From Patescibacteria group bacterium (GTDB lineage Bacteria; Patescibacteriota; Microgenomatia; UBA10105; UBA927), in NCBI GenBank assembly GCA_023379025.1, contig JAMCTH010000003.1, positions 103,362-167,361 of the forward strand: a stretch of DNA of 64,000 nucleotides, in the 5' to 3' direction. The first letter of the stretch is position 1. Each line of letters opens with the position of its first letter. Below the pieces are notes generated by a model. That model worked only from the letters and a program-made list of their open reading frames with translations, ran no database searches and was not told where the DNA came from. This document shows positions 39,891 through 50,060 of the stretch, piece after piece. Both the position numbers and the translations under genes were made by a program.

Positions 39891-41177
39891 TTACCGCCCT
39901 CCGAAACCACCCGGCCTCAATACAGCCCCGCCTCCGCCGCCGAAGCGGAATCCGCCGGAGCTACCGAATGACGTAGACGCGGATGAACCGGCTGCAGTCC
40001 CGGTAACGACTTCCTGACCTTCGGTAAGTCCGGACGTAATCTCCGTTTCGGTATCCGAAGAGAGACCCGTGGTAACCGGTACGGTCTGTTCCTGCCCGTT
40101 GACGAGCACCCGGACCACGGACTCTGTACCCTGGGACTGCACTGCGGTTGACGGGACAAGAAGCGCATTATCTTTGGTTGCGACGATAATGTTTGCCGTT
40201 ACTGACATGTTCGGAAGAAGTTCGTTCATGGGTGCATCAAGTTGTATGGTAGTCGGATAATTCGTAACCCCGGAGGATACAATTCCTGCGCGGTCCACGC
40301 CGACTACGGTAGCCGCAAAGGTCTTCCCGGTCAAAGCATCAGCCGTAATTGTTGTCTGTTGCCCCTGCTTGACGCTGTTGACGTCAATCTCCGCAACATC
40401 GACCGTGACTACCGGATTTGCCGTCGTTACGATACTCATGAGCTGCTGGGACGATATGGTCGTGCTTGACGCTGACTGGGCGTTCGATATGATCATACCG
40501 GTCGTAAACGTCACATCGGCGACCGTCCCGGACATGGGCGCAACAACCGTCGGAGACACCAGCTGATACGCTGCCCATGCATTATTGACGGAAGCCTGAG
40601 TCTGCGCGATGACATTCTGCTGATTCTGATAGGCCGCCTCAGCCGCCATCCAGTCATCGTAGGCCTCAATAAATGCCGGAAGCGTCCTGTTGTCCGCATT
40701 TGGCGTGCCGTCGGCATTTTGGTAGAACGAGCTGGTCGCCAGATCATTATATGTTTTCCATTTGCTGAACATCGTCGACCGGAGGCTATAGGCATTGGTC
40801 TGGGCCGATGCCAGGGAATTTTTTGCGGAGAGGTACGAAGACCATGCCTGATTGGCGCGCTGCTGGCCTGTCTGGTCGAGGGACAGGGTCATGAGCGTCT
40901 GACCTGCAGTCACCGTATCTCCGTCTTTCACCAATATTGCCTTTACCTGCCCCGATGCTTCGGTAGATACGGGAAGCCTCCCGGTTGTCGCAACATTTCC
41001 GGACGCGGTGACCGTTGAAACGATAGGCCCTTGGGTCACCGGTGCGGTAGTATACTGGACGGTGCTTGAGGATTTGAGAACCGTCTGCTTAGCGATAAAA
41101 ACTCCGACTGCCGCGATAAGAACGACGACAAAAATTATACCTTTTTTTGCTTTCATAAATTCTATAAATGATTTCAT
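39891..41177 (-). CDS. MacA-like periplasmic adaptor
   Basis: TM anchor, lipoyl half-motifs, coiled hairpin, GLTEGQEVV. Confidence 0.92.
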   Translation of the reverse strand: MKSFIEFMKAKKGIIFVVVLIAAVGVFIAKQTVLKSSSTVQYTTAPVTQGPIVSTVTASGNVATTGRLPVSTEASGQVKAILVKDGDTVTAGQTLMTLSLDQTGQQRANQAWSSYLSAKNSLASAQTNAYSLRSTMFSKWKTYNDLATSSFYQNADGTPNADNRTLPAFIEAYDDWMAAEAAYQNQQNVIAQTQASVNNAWAAYQLVSPTVVAPMSGTVADVTFTTGMIISNAQSASSTTISSQQLMSIVTTANPVVTVDVAEIDVNSVKQGQQTTITADALTGKTFAATVVGVDRAGIVSSGVTNYPTTIQLDAPMNELLPNMSVTANIIVATKDNALLVPSTAVQSQGTESVVRVLVNGQEQTVPVTTGLSSDTETEITSGLTEGQEVVTGTAAGSSASTSFGSSGGFRFGGGGGAVLRPGGFGGR

Positions 41178-41641
41178 ATACCTCCCCGTTCCTCAATAAC
41201 AAGTTTTTGTACTATTTCCCGGTGTATCCGGAGAAGCGTACGGAGATCGCTTGCGGGAACGAGGGAAAACATTTTCCGGAATTTTTCCCTGCGCTTTTCG
41301 GCAAGCCGTACCATTTCCTGTCTGCCTTTGTCCGTAATGGCGATCCGGACGATACGACGGTCGTTTGCATCATTTCTGCGCGCTACAAATCCGCTTTTGG
41401 CAAGCCTGCCGATAAGCTGGGTCATGGATGAGAGCGACATGCGGAAATGCTCCGCAATCTCGCCCATCGAGGCGTTTTTACTCTCCTCGATGTACCGGAG
41501 AACTTCACGCTGCAGTATCGTTGCCACCCGGTCCTCAAGCGAGACGCCGTTTCTTTTGTTGAGAATACGGAAAATCTGGCGCGTTGTCGCCATCAGCTCA
41601 TTGATATCAGACGCCTGCACCGAAGGGCTATTTGTTAACAT
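41174..41641 (-). CDS. MarR-family regulator
   Basis: wHTH, DRRIVRIAITDKG. Confidence 0.93.
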   Translation of the reverse strand: MLTNSPSVQASDINELMATTRQIFRILNKRNGVSLEDRVATILQREVLRYIEESKNASMGEIAEHFRMSLSSMTQLIGRLAKSGFVARRNDANDRRIVRIAITDKGRQEMVRLAEKRREKFRKMFSLVPASDLRTLLRIHREIVQKLVIEERGGI

Positions 41642-41648
41642 GATAAAT

Positions 41649-41677
41649 ATTTTATGACATAAAGTATTTAATGTCAA
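41649..41677 (-). promoter_or_regulatory. marR operon promoter with palindromic operator
   Basis: TTGACA-N17-TAAAAT, 7 nt before ATG; TGACAT-N10-ATGTCA at 41655-41676. Confidence 0.75.
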
Positions 41678-41750
41678 GTATTCCTACGGCAATCCTCATT
41701 CTTGCATACTATTTGTAATCTATGTTACATTTCTAGTAAGGAGGCAAATT

Positions 41751-42212
41751 ATGAAAAATGCCGGAATGTGGATACTTCTTATCGCGGTCGTTGTCCTTGC
41801 GGGATATGCGGGAATGAAACTCCTCCCCAAAACCCAAAAGACAACTCCGGTCTCTCAGGCTCAGCCAATGCCTTCCGGCACACCCGGAGCCATGTCTCAT
41901 ACCCTCTTCAAAATGATGCAGAACGGGACGCTCGGCAGGTACATGACTGATGAGCGCGGAATGACGCTCTATACATATGATAAAGACACCCCGGGTACAA
42001 GTACCTGCACCGGGTCATGTCTCACGAAATGGCCTGCTTTCAGTGCGACGGAGACGACGAACCTGCCGGCAAACCTGTCGGTCATCACCCGTCCGGACGG
42101 AACCAAACAATATGCCTGGATGGGAAAGCCGCTCTACTACTGGCAGGGAGATAAAGCGCCGGGAGATACGACCGGAAACGGCATCGGCGGGGTCTGGCAC
42201 ATCGTAAAATAG
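41751..42212 (+). CDS. Secreted repeat protein (COG4315/Lipoprotein_15-like)
   Basis: GMTLYTYDKD..CTGSCLTKWP and GKPLYYW..GNGIGGVW. Confidence 0.85.
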   Translation: MKNAGMWILLIAVVVLAGYAGMKLLPKTQKTTPVSQAQPMPSGTPGAMSHTLFKMMQNGTLGRYMTDERGMTLYTYDKDTPGTSTCTGSCLTKWPAFSATETTNLPANLSVITRPDGTKQYAWMGKPLYYWQGDKAPGDTTGNGIGGVWHIVK

Positions 42213-42214
42213 AT

Positions 42215-42348
42215 TTTCAGGAATCGGATTAGAATACACAGTAAATCCTGACTCAAGGGGCAGACGTTCTCTCAGGTGTGTTGGTAAAAGCCATTACTAC
42301 TGAGGCTTGTTAATCGAAAATTTTATCCCACAGATCCCCGACCCTGAC
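42215..42348 (-). ncRNA. Candidate 6S-like RNA
   Basis: End-to-end stem, central bubble, terminal CUCAG/CUGAG stem (manual fold). Confidence 0.45.
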
Positions 42349-42352
42349 AACA

Positions 42353-43021
42353 TTACTGTTCCGAAATAGCTACAGACTTCACCGTCACGGGAGAGACCGG
42401 TTTGGACTGCTCCCCCGTACCGGGACTCCCCTCCGTCGGAGCATCGGCAATCGCATCTACCACATCCATGCCGCTCGTCACATGCCCGAAGATGACGTAG
42501 TTATGCGGCAGCGGAGTATCCTCCTGAACGATAAAAAACTGGCTGCCGTTCGTATTCGGACCGGCATTTGCCATGGCGACTGTCCCACGCGTATATGACC
42601 CTTCAAACGGTTCGTCAGGGAACGTATACCCGGGCCCGCCGGTGCCGTTTCCGTCGGGATCACCGCCCTGGATCATAAATCCCTTGATCACCCGGTGAAA
42701 TATCGTATTGTTATAGAAATTTTTCCGGGCAAGAACCACAAAGTTGTTGACCGTGACGGGAGTCGCTCCGGCAGTGAGGGCGACGGTTATATCCCCATCC
42801 GTCGTATGGATAACGGCGGTATATTGTTTGGTTTTGTCTATTTCCATAGCTGGCGGTCCTTTCTCAACCGGCATCGCGGTTGGTGTAATTAATAGATCCT
42901 TTGTCTGTGGCGATTCATTTTTTTCCCCAGGAGATACCGGTTTCGAATTCGTGAAAAGTATTATACCAAAAGCTGCAGCTATAACTATCAACGTACCGAT
43001 AATCTTAAACACCATAGACAA
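42353..43021 (-). CDS. Cyclophilin-type peptidyl-prolyl isomerase
   Basis: FHRVIKGFMIQGGDP, AMANAGPNTNGSQFFI. Confidence 0.96.
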   Translation of the reverse strand: MSMVFKIIGTLIVIAAAFGIILFTNSKPVSPGEKNESPQTKDLLITPTAMPVEKGPPAMEIDKTKQYTAVIHTTDGDITVALTAGATPVTVNNFVVLARKNFYNNTIFHRVIKGFMIQGGDPDGNGTGGPGYTFPDEPFEGSYTRGTVAMANAGPNTNGSQFFIVQEDTPLPHNYVIFGHVTSGMDVVDAIADAPTEGSPGTGEQSKPVSPVTVKSVAISEQ

Positions 43022-43034
43022 ATATTATCATATT

Positions 43035-44054
43035 TTAGTCTAAATATTTTTGAATATTTTCCAGGTGTTCCGCGTACGTTGCGGCACAGTGGATTTCCCG
43101 GTTATGGTCGTGGAGATAAAACAGACAGTCCGTTTCCCGGGGATCGAGTGCTGCCATAATCGCAGACATACCGGGACTCGCGATCGGTGTCGGCGGCAAA
43201 CCGGTATGGAGATAGGTATTGTACGGGGAATCGCGTTTGAGGTCAGCTACGTTTACCGGCCTCCACCATCCGCCGTCCGTTTTCCCTTCTATATATTGGA
43301 TTGTGGCATCAATCTGAAGCGGCATCCCGCGGTCAAGTCGGTTCCAGATTATGCCGGATATAAGCGGCATATCGGTCGTTCCTGCTGCTTCCCGTTGTAT
43401 GAGGGAAGCGATTTTTAACCCGGTTGTCCACTTGATATTTTTTTCGGCAAACTTCGGCAGAACATCAGCTGTTTTTTCGTTAAAGCGGGCAATCATCCGA
43501 TCTGCGATCTCCTTCGGGGAACCGTTTCTCGGCAGGAGATAGGTATCCGGGAAATAGACTCCCTCACGGTATTCCGTCTTTGTCGCCGTATATAGTGAAT
43601 TCCATGCGTGTAATCCGTCCTCAGACCAGCCGAGAACGCTTCTTACCGCCTCTCCGATCTGTTCCCTGCGGAGTCCTTCCCGCACGGTGACCCAGAGGTA
43701 ATCCGGTTTGGAAGCCGTAAGTTTTTGTATGATTTCCCAGGTATTCATATGACTATCCAGAGTATATCCCCCGGAGGCAATATCCCGGTGATCCGCGTAC
43801 ATTTCGTAAAGAAACCGGAATGCATCCGCATGGCGGATATAGCGCTCTTTCTCAAGAGCTGCTGCCGCATCAAAGCCTAACCGGTATTGGGGGACAACAA
43901 AAAGCCCCGGTTTGGTGACGGAAGAAACGGGTCCGATTTCCCGCCACACATATAGGGCCGCTGATCCGATCAGGATACAGGACGCGAAGATCACTCCGAA
44001 CAACAATCTTTTGACCATAGCGGCAGCATACCATGATGCGCGGACCGTGAACAT
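43035..44054 (-). CDS. mltG: Endolytic transglycosylase MltG
   Basis: EGVYFPDTY, ASLIQREA, LQIDAT, SPYNTY..GLPPTPI. Confidence 0.93.
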   Translation of the reverse strand: MFTVRASWYAAAMVKRLLFGVIFASCILIGSAALYVWREIGPVSSVTKPGLFVVPQYRLGFDAAAALEKERYIRHADAFRFLYEMYADHRDIASGGYTLDSHMNTWEIIQKLTASKPDYLWVTVREGLRREQIGEAVRSVLGWSEDGLHAWNSLYTATKTEYREGVYFPDTYLLPRNGSPKEIADRMIARFNEKTADVLPKFAEKNIKWTTGLKIASLIQREAAGTTDMPLISGIIWNRLDRGMPLQIDATIQYIEGKTDGGWWRPVNVADLKRDSPYNTYLHTGLPPTPIASPGMSAIMAALDPRETDCLFYLHDHNREIHCAATYAEHLENIQKYLD

Positions 44055-44095
44055 ACCGCCCGCTGCTACCTATAGTATGCTATACTGTCGGTGCT

Positions 44096-44338
44096 GTGGA
44101 TGACATACTGACGATAGCGGAAGCAGCAGAATATCTTCACAAACACGCCGATACCCTCCGACGGTGGGTGCATAACCAGCGGTTACCTGCCAAAAAAATA
44201 GCTGCGGGAGGTAGCGGGGTATGGGTCATTCTTAAAACCGACCTCCTCGAATGCGCACTTAGTCTCTCAAAACGAAACCGAACAAAAGAACTCCTTCACC
44301 CGAAACGGCATACCGCTCAGAGAATGCTTCCGATCTGA
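44096..44338 (+). CDS. Excisionase-like (HTH_17) DNA-binding protein
   Basis: LTIAEAAEYL..TLRRW..LPAKK..W. Confidence 0.8.
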   Translation: MDDILTIAEAAEYLHKHADTLRRWVHNQRLPAKKIAAGGSGVWVILKTDLLECALSLSKRNRTKELLHPKRHTAQRMLPI

Positions 44339-44350
44339 CATATTTTCTGG

Positions 44351-44560
44351 ATGAAATTCCGCAACGAAACCCATATCTGCGGCCTTGATGAAGCGGGACG
44401 CGGCGCCTTGGCAGGTCCGTTGGTCGCCGCAGGCGTACTTTGGCCTTGGAAAACGCTTGAGGCGATTTCCCGGAACGTAGGATTCCGTGTACGGGACTCC
44501 AAACTGCTCACGGCGGCACTCAGGAAGCGGCCATCGCATTCTTTCTCTCTTTTTTCCTGA
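44351..44560 (+). pseudogene. rnhB: Truncated ribonuclease HII (N-terminal ~55 aa)
   Basis: GLDEAGRGALAGP and RDSKLL, then runs into a convergent gene. Confidence 0.85.
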
Positions 44561-44798
44561 GCATGATATTCCGGAGATATATAAAAAGCGCCAGGAATTG
44601 TCCGCTGATAAACACCGGGTCCCTGCGCTCCAGGGCATAGATCAGAATCATAACCGAACCGACAATGCTCAGATACCAGAAGCTCATGGGAACGATGCTC
44701 TTTTTTTCTTTTTCGGAAACGATCCACTGCACGACAAACCGGAGGAAAAATACCCCCTGGGCGAGAAATCCAAATACTACCCACGCATCAAGCTTCAT
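44520..44798 (-). CDS. LAB_N-type (lipid A biosynthesis N-terminal) membrane protein
   Basis: RFVVQWIVSE..VPMSFWYLS..DPVFISGQ..YLRN. Confidence 0.88.
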   Translation of the reverse strand: MKLDAWVVFGFLAQGVFFLRFVVQWIVSEKEKKSIVPMSFWYLSIVGSVMILIYALERRDPVFISGQFLALFIYLRNIMLRKKERKNAMAAS

Positions 44799-44800
44799 AA

Positions 44801-45733
44801 TTATTCGATAATCTCCCGGATGGGGTGCTGCTCCCGGCGGATATTTCTGCTCGTGACCAGTTCCCCGAGAAGCCCCGTGGAAAACAATTGTATGCCAAAC
44901 AGGATGAGAAGTATGCCGAGAAACAGAAGCGGTCTCCGGCCTATCGATTGCCCCAAAAAGTGTAGCCCGGAAAGATACAGAAGGACGAAGGTGCCGAGCA
45001 GGATGCAGATCATCCCGATCCTGCCGAAAAGCTGTAACGGCCGGTTTTTGAAGGCGATGATGAATGCCGTCGTAAAAAGATCAAAAAAAGCATGTACGAT
45101 TCGTCCTGACCCGAACTTGGACGTGCTGTATTTTCTCGCGTGATGCACGACGGGCATTTCCGTAACACGGAACCCCTTTGCCGCAGACAGAACCGGAATA
45201 AACCTGTGAAGCTCGCCATACAGCTGTATTTCCTCGGCTACTTCACGCCGCATGACTTTAAGCCCGCAGTTCATATCGTGAAGGCCGACGCCGCCGACGC
45301 GCCGAACGACCGCGTTAAATATCCGCGAAAGCAGGATTTTCTTTTTCGGATCCTGGCGGTTCACCCGCCATCCGACAATGAGGTCGTACCCTTTCTCAAG
45401 AAGCGCGATCATCTTGGGGATTTCCGCCGGATCATCCTGAAGATCCGCATCCATGGTGGCAATGATATCTCCCCCGGCAACCTGAAAGCCCGCGGCAAGT
45501 GCCGTGGATTTGCCGGTATTTTTCCTCATACGGATGATACGGAAGCGCGATTTTGCGCGCTTTTTAAGCCGGATGAGTTCCTCAAACGATCCGTCGGTCG
45601 AGCCGTCATCTACCCAGACATACTCAAAACCGGGTCCGGAACGCAGTGCCGGCTCGATCGCATCGACGAGAGGGCGAAGGCTTTCCTCCTCGTTATAAAC
45701 GGCAATGACGAGACTGATGCGCGGTTTCTGCAT
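44801..45733 (-). CDS. GT2 polyprenol-phosphate glycosyltransferase (ArnC/GtrB-like)
   Basis: VYNEE, DDGSTD, DADLQDDP, HRFIP, two C-terminal TM. Confidence 0.93.
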   Translation of the reverse strand: MQKPRISLVIAVYNEEESLRPLVDAIEPALRSGPGFEYVWVDDGSTDGSFEELIRLKKRAKSRFRIIRMRKNTGKSTALAAGFQVAGGDIIATMDADLQDDPAEIPKMIALLEKGYDLIVGWRVNRQDPKKKILLSRIFNAVVRRVGGVGLHDMNCGLKVMRREVAEEIQLYGELHRFIPVLSAAKGFRVTEMPVVHHARKYSTSKFGSGRIVHAFFDLFTTAFIIAFKNRPLQLFGRIGMICILLGTFVLLYLSGLHFLGQSIGRRPLLFLGILLILFGIQLFSTGLLGELVTSRNIRREQHPIREIIE

Positions 45734-45866
45734 ACGGATAACGGCATAATGATACACGAAACCGTCCCGGACACAAAACGTAGCGATAAACCTATCGGGA
45801 TGACCGGACTCTGTACAACATTCTCAAAACTCCGTAAGATGGTGCCTGTACGGCATACGCCACAGC

Positions 45867-47042
45867 ATGCGCTACCCCATATACATTCTCTCCATCCTGG
45901 CCGGGCTCCTGGCAGGACTTCTCCTGGGCATACTCGGACTGCGTATCGCCGGCGGCACCGGACCGGAAAGCGCGGTATTTCTTTCGCCGCTCGGCAGTCT
46001 TTTCGGCAAACGGGAGGTGATCGGGTTCATGCCGTACTGGCTCCTTTCCAAGGAGACGCCCGGGGTCACGGCGGACCTTACCACTCTTGCCTACTTCGGG
46101 GTAAGTATCGACGCGGACGGGTCGATCCTGAAACTGACCAGTCCGGTTGAGGCGGAACCCGGATGGCACGCGCTTAGGACCGGGATACCGGATCCTTTTT
46201 TCCGGACGGCAAAACAGTCGGGAGATACGCTTTCGCTGGTTGCATTCAGCGGGGACAAAGAAACAATCGACCGGCTGATGGACGACCCGGAAGGACACGC
46301 AAAGACACTTGCCGGAGCGGTTGTCCCCGTGATGCAACAATACGGCATGACGGATCTCAACCTCGATATCGAACGGGTCGGAGAAGCCTCGGCGGACGGA
46401 CAACTTCGCTTTACCCGCTTCGTCCGGAGCTTCCGTGACGCGCTGACCAAACAGCATCCGTTTTCGCTTTCCATAGACGTCACCGCGACGGATTTTGTAA
46501 AACACGATCTTATAGACCCCGTCGCCATATCACCGCTTGTAGACCGGATTATCATCATGGCCTATGATTTCCACTATACCGGCTCAGCCGTCACCGGTCC
46601 GGTCGCCCCGCTCTCCGGCGGCGGGCAGACGTACGAATACGACACCCAAACTGCGGTCCGCTTGGCGGTAAAAAACATTCCGGGCCAAAAAATCATCCTC
46701 GGTCTGCCTCTCTATGGATATGAGTGGGAAACCGTTTCCGATATCCCTCACGCTGCCGTCATTCCCGGGACCGGCATCGTCGCAAGTAACCGGCGGGCGG
46801 AAACGCTCCTTTCCTCATGTGCAAGCTGCAGCGCCGAGTGGGATGCGGAGGCAGCAGAGCCGTTTATCTCGTTCCGGGATGCGGCAACCGGAAGTTACCA
46901 CTGGATCGCCTATCCGGATGCACGCGCGGTACAGGCAAAACTGGATTTTGCTGCGGCTGAACACCTTGGCGGAGTGGCCCTTTGGGCACTCGGATATGAA
47001 AGTCCGGGTCTTTTAACTCCGCTGCCCGGCTATAAGCGCTAG
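45867..47042 (+). CDS. GH18 glycoside hydrolase
   Basis: DLNLDIE, MAYDFH, KIILGLPLYG, GVALWALG. Confidence 0.9.
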   Translation: MRYPIYILSILAGLLAGLLLGILGLRIAGGTGPESAVFLSPLGSLFGKREVIGFMPYWLLSKETPGVTADLTTLAYFGVSIDADGSILKLTSPVEAEPGWHALRTGIPDPFFRTAKQSGDTLSLVAFSGDKETIDRLMDDPEGHAKTLAGAVVPVMQQYGMTDLNLDIERVGEASADGQLRFTRFVRSFRDALTKQHPFSLSIDVTATDFVKHDLIDPVAISPLVDRIIIMAYDFHYTGSAVTGPVAPLSGGGQTYEYDTQTAVRLAVKNIPGQKIILGLPLYGYEWETVSDIPHAAVIPGTGIVASNRRAETLLSSCASCSAEWDAEAAEPFISFRDAATGSYHWIAYPDARAVQAKLDFAAAEHLGGVALWALGYESPGLLTPLPGYKR

Positions 47043-47713
47043 CGCGTGAGAACGACTGTCCTTGATGCGTCGTCATAGATGAGTCCGCGTCCCCGGGAAA
47101 GCCCGATAATCTTCGTAGTATATGTCCTGTCATTGTATGCTGCCGTGACGTTTCCTTCATTGACGAACAGGCTGATTTCCGGACGCAGTGTGTCAGCGGA
47201 TACCGTAAGGGAACAGTCTTTACAGGCCGACAGAAGTCCCATGGATCGTATACTGACCGTTGAGTTTCCGTGATTGCCGGCCGAAAGCATCCCCGTGGTT
47301 ATCAAAAAAACCATGCTCGCCGGCAGCGTCTGGATGACCGAGATATCGGTCTTGGACATAAGCGTCAGCGTCACGTCGTCGGGAAACGTGACCGTTACGT
47401 TCCCGTCATCGCCCGTCACGAGTCTCCCGCCCTGGACGACGGGAACGGCCTCATGGATTTTTGATGCGGCGGTTGCTGTCCGCGACTCCCATGAAAGCGT
47501 CCCCGAAAACGTCGCGATCGTTCCCGTGAGTGTCCGGCTTGGCGGGGTATCCAAAGAAAAGGTTCCGGGAGTCGGAGACGGGGTCGCCGTATATATCGTG
47601 ATGGGGCCGGCAGCTCTGCTGTCTACCTTCCGGATATATGCGTATACCGCGACAGCTCCGAGACCGACCGCGCATGCTGCACCGAACAAGAGCGTAAGAA
47701 CGGAATATTTCAT
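47039..47713 (-). CDS. Membrane-anchored beta-rich protein (FecR-like)
   Basis: N-terminal TM, beta-rich body. Confidence 0.55.
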   Translation of the reverse strand: MKYSVLTLLFGAACAVGLGAVAVYAYIRKVDSRAAGPITIYTATPSPTPGTFSLDTPPSRTLTGTIATFSGTLSWESRTATAASKIHEAVPVVQGGRLVTGDDGNVTVTFPDDVTLTLMSKTDISVIQTLPASMVFLITTGMLSAGNHGNSTVSIRSMGLLSACKDCSLTVSADTLRPEISLFVNEGNVTAAYNDRTYTTKIIGLSRGRGLIYDDASRTVVLTR

Positions 47714-47794
47714 ACGGGTAATGCCCCGAGTATATCAGTTTTTTTGCGATTCCGTCTTTGACAGGAAGCCATACCCATGCGTACAATACGGCAT

Positions 47795-48382
47795 ATGAAT
47801 GCAAAACAGCTTACCCGCTGGAATATCGTCCTGTTTTCCCTCATTATTCCGATTCTTGCGGGCATTATCGGCGGCATGACGGTATTTGTCATCATGCAGA
47901 TCCGTGATAACGAACAGAACGCGCGGATCAGAAATTTTTACGAGGACGAAATGTCCGCGGTCGTGAGTCCCAATACGGTCAAAAAAATGATCGACGCCAA
48001 AAACACGAACTATATCCTGGTGGACCTTCGGACCAAAGCGGAATACGACAAGGAACATATCGTGACCGCGATCAACATTCCGGCACCCGGCATGACTGCC
48101 GACCAGATAGTATCGGCATTCACAAAACTACCAAAAGATAAGGAAATTATCGTGCATTGCTACAGCGCCTATTGCACGCTCGGCAGGACCGTCGGGAAAC
48201 TTCTGTCCGAGCACGGCATCTATGTCCATGAAATGGATATCGGCTGGAGTGAATGGCGGTATTTCTGGCCGCTCTGGAACCCGGGAGCAAAGGCAACAGA
48301 CGGCACAACCTACGTAACCGGCGGCACGTCAACCTCTTCCGCTCTCCCCCAACCCTGTACCGCGGGTGCATTCGGCTGCTGA
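47795..48382 (+). CDS. Rhodanese-like domain protein
   Basis: VDLR..EY..HI..AINIP, HCYSAYC. Confidence 0.85.
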   Translation: MNAKQLTRWNIVLFSLIIPILAGIIGGMTVFVIMQIRDNEQNARIRNFYEDEMSAVVSPNTVKKMIDAKNTNYILVDLRTKAEYDKEHIVTAINIPAPGMTADQIVSAFTKLPKDKEIIVHCYSAYCTLGRTVGKLLSEHGIYVHEMDIGWSEWRYFWPLWNPGAKATDGTTYVTGGTSTSSALPQPCTAGAFGC

Positions 48383-48424
48383 CTTCGTCACCTATCGCTC
48401 AATGCGGGATCGGGTGCGGGAAAG

Positions 48425-48585
48425 CTCACATTGGAGCTTTCATGGTAGACGGAAGCTCATTCTCCAGCAGTGATTTCAGCTTCTGAAGCGTCTGGGCCGT
48501 GAACGGTTCCGGAAGTGATCCGCTGTCGACCCACTCGCTATAGACAAGTTCCGTCACTCCCTTTTCCGGTTCCCGGAAAACCAAA
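48425..48585 (-). pseudogene. Possible 3' gene remnant (SRPBCC-like C-terminus)
   Basis: Frame [40 protein letters not shown] without a good start. Confidence 0.35.
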
Positions 48586-48642
48586 AAACATCATATATTG
48601 GTCTCTTGATCATGATGGAAAGCGTATTTGATGTCATGCGGG

Positions 48643-49527
48643 TCATATGTGTATGCCAAACAGAATCCGGACAACAAATCCGAGACCGAACGTCAGTGCG
48701 GCAACCCCAAGGCTCAATCCGGCCATCTCAAGAAACCGTTTTCGGAACGGGAGATCCTGAGCCACTGATATATAAAAAGTAAAAATAAAGATAATTACCA
48801 AAGCCAGGACCAGCGACGCGGCCAACGCACTGAATACATTCGAAGCGACAAAAAACGGTGAGATGAGAATAAGTACGGTAATAAGATACATAACTCCCGT
48901 ATAAAATGCCGCTTTGGCCGGATCTTTTGTGTCTCCTTCGGAACGGGTGGAAAGATATTCCGATGCTGCCATGGAAAGCGACGCCGCGACACCGCTGATA
49001 AATCCGGTTACGGCGATGAGCTGCATATGCTGGAGCGCGAGTGTCAGCCCCGCAAGCACACCCGTCAGCTCGACCAGCGCATCATTCAGGCCCAGTACCA
49101 TGGAACTTACGTACCGGAGGCGCTCTTCATCAAGAATCGCGAGAAGCTCACGCTCGTGTTTGTTTTCCTGCTCCTCGATCGCACGTGCCTCAGGAATTTC
49201 TTGACCAATCGCATGGTAATTTATCTGTGCAAGCTCTTCCCCCTTTTCCATAAGCTTGACGGCAAAGGTAAATCCGAACAGCCGGGCAAGGATGCCGCTG
49301 ATATATACTTTTATCCAATCCGGCTCAACAGAGGTGTCTGTATAACGTTGCCACGTCTCGGCATGATGCTGTTCTTCCGAGGCGATGGAATACAGAGTCT
49401 TTTGGTTTTGTTTGTTTCGGACCGAGGCTGCAAGACGGCTGTATACGTAATATTCCGTAATCTCATTACGCTGGGCTTTCAGGAGCTCTGTTTTTACAGC
49501 ATGGGGCAGTGAAGCATGTTTCTCCAT
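48643..49527 (-). CDS. Ferritin-like/VIT1-CCC1 fusion (iron transporter family)
   Basis: EQHH, ENKH, VLGLNDALVE, SMAASEYLS. Confidence 0.9.
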   Translation of the reverse strand: MEKHASLPHAVKTELLKAQRNEITEYYVYSRLAASVRNKQNQKTLYSIASEEQHHAETWQRYTDTSVEPDWIKVYISGILARLFGFTFAVKLMEKGEELAQINYHAIGQEIPEARAIEEQENKHERELLAILDEERLRYVSSMVLGLNDALVELTGVLAGLTLALQHMQLIAVTGFISGVAASLSMAASEYLSTRSEGDTKDPAKAAFYTGVMYLITVLILISPFFVASNVFSALAASLVLALVIIFIFTFYISVAQDLPFRKRFLEMAGLSLGVAALTFGLGFVVRILFGIHI

Positions 49528-49565
49528 AGATGAGGCAATTGTAACACCAACGAAAAGAGTCCGGC

Positions 49566-50003
49566 CTAATCCCTCAGGAATTTACTGCGCATTTCAAAGG
49601 AAAAAATCGTCGGGATATAAAACGTAATATCCGCGGCAAACTTCCCGACCACCAGCCCGAGAGAGAGATTATGAAGAAGTTTGGGGAATAGGTACATCGT
49701 AAACGGGCGTATGATAAAGCCGTCCAGATACTCCGACGGACCGAACTCAACCACCAGGTTCCGGATTGCCTTAACATACGGAACAGGACTCTTTATAGTA
49801 TGTCTCCCTTTCTGAAAATGCACCTCCCGGATCAACATGGTTCCGTAATAGAAGATATTTTCGCCCCAGGTCGCGCCGTATGCCGTGGCAACGGCATTAT
49901 GAAACAAAGCATTGGTAAGTATCCCACCGCCGAGAGCGCCGATGATGGCAAATATCTCTGACGGTACATACCGTTTCACCCAGACGATAGCCCGCTTTCT
50001 CAT
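49566..50003 (-). CDS. Hypothetical membrane protein
   Basis: EFGPSEYLD..GKFAADITFY. Confidence 0.75.
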   Translation of the reverse strand: MRKRAIVWVKRYVPSEIFAIIGALGGGILTNALFHNAVATAYGATWGENIFYYGTMLIREVHFQKGRHTIKSPVPYVKAIRNLVVEFGPSEYLDGFIIRPFTMYLFPKLLHNLSLGLVVGKFAADITFYIPTIFSFEMRSKFLRD

Positions 50004-50060
50004 AGATAAAGTATACCAAAAACAGGATATCCGTACGGAGAGAACTCAGGTTCGGCTTCT

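Noticed and set aside
42215-42348. SRP RNA or tmRNA
   Set aside because: Lacks the SRP helix-8 motif and tRNA-like ends.
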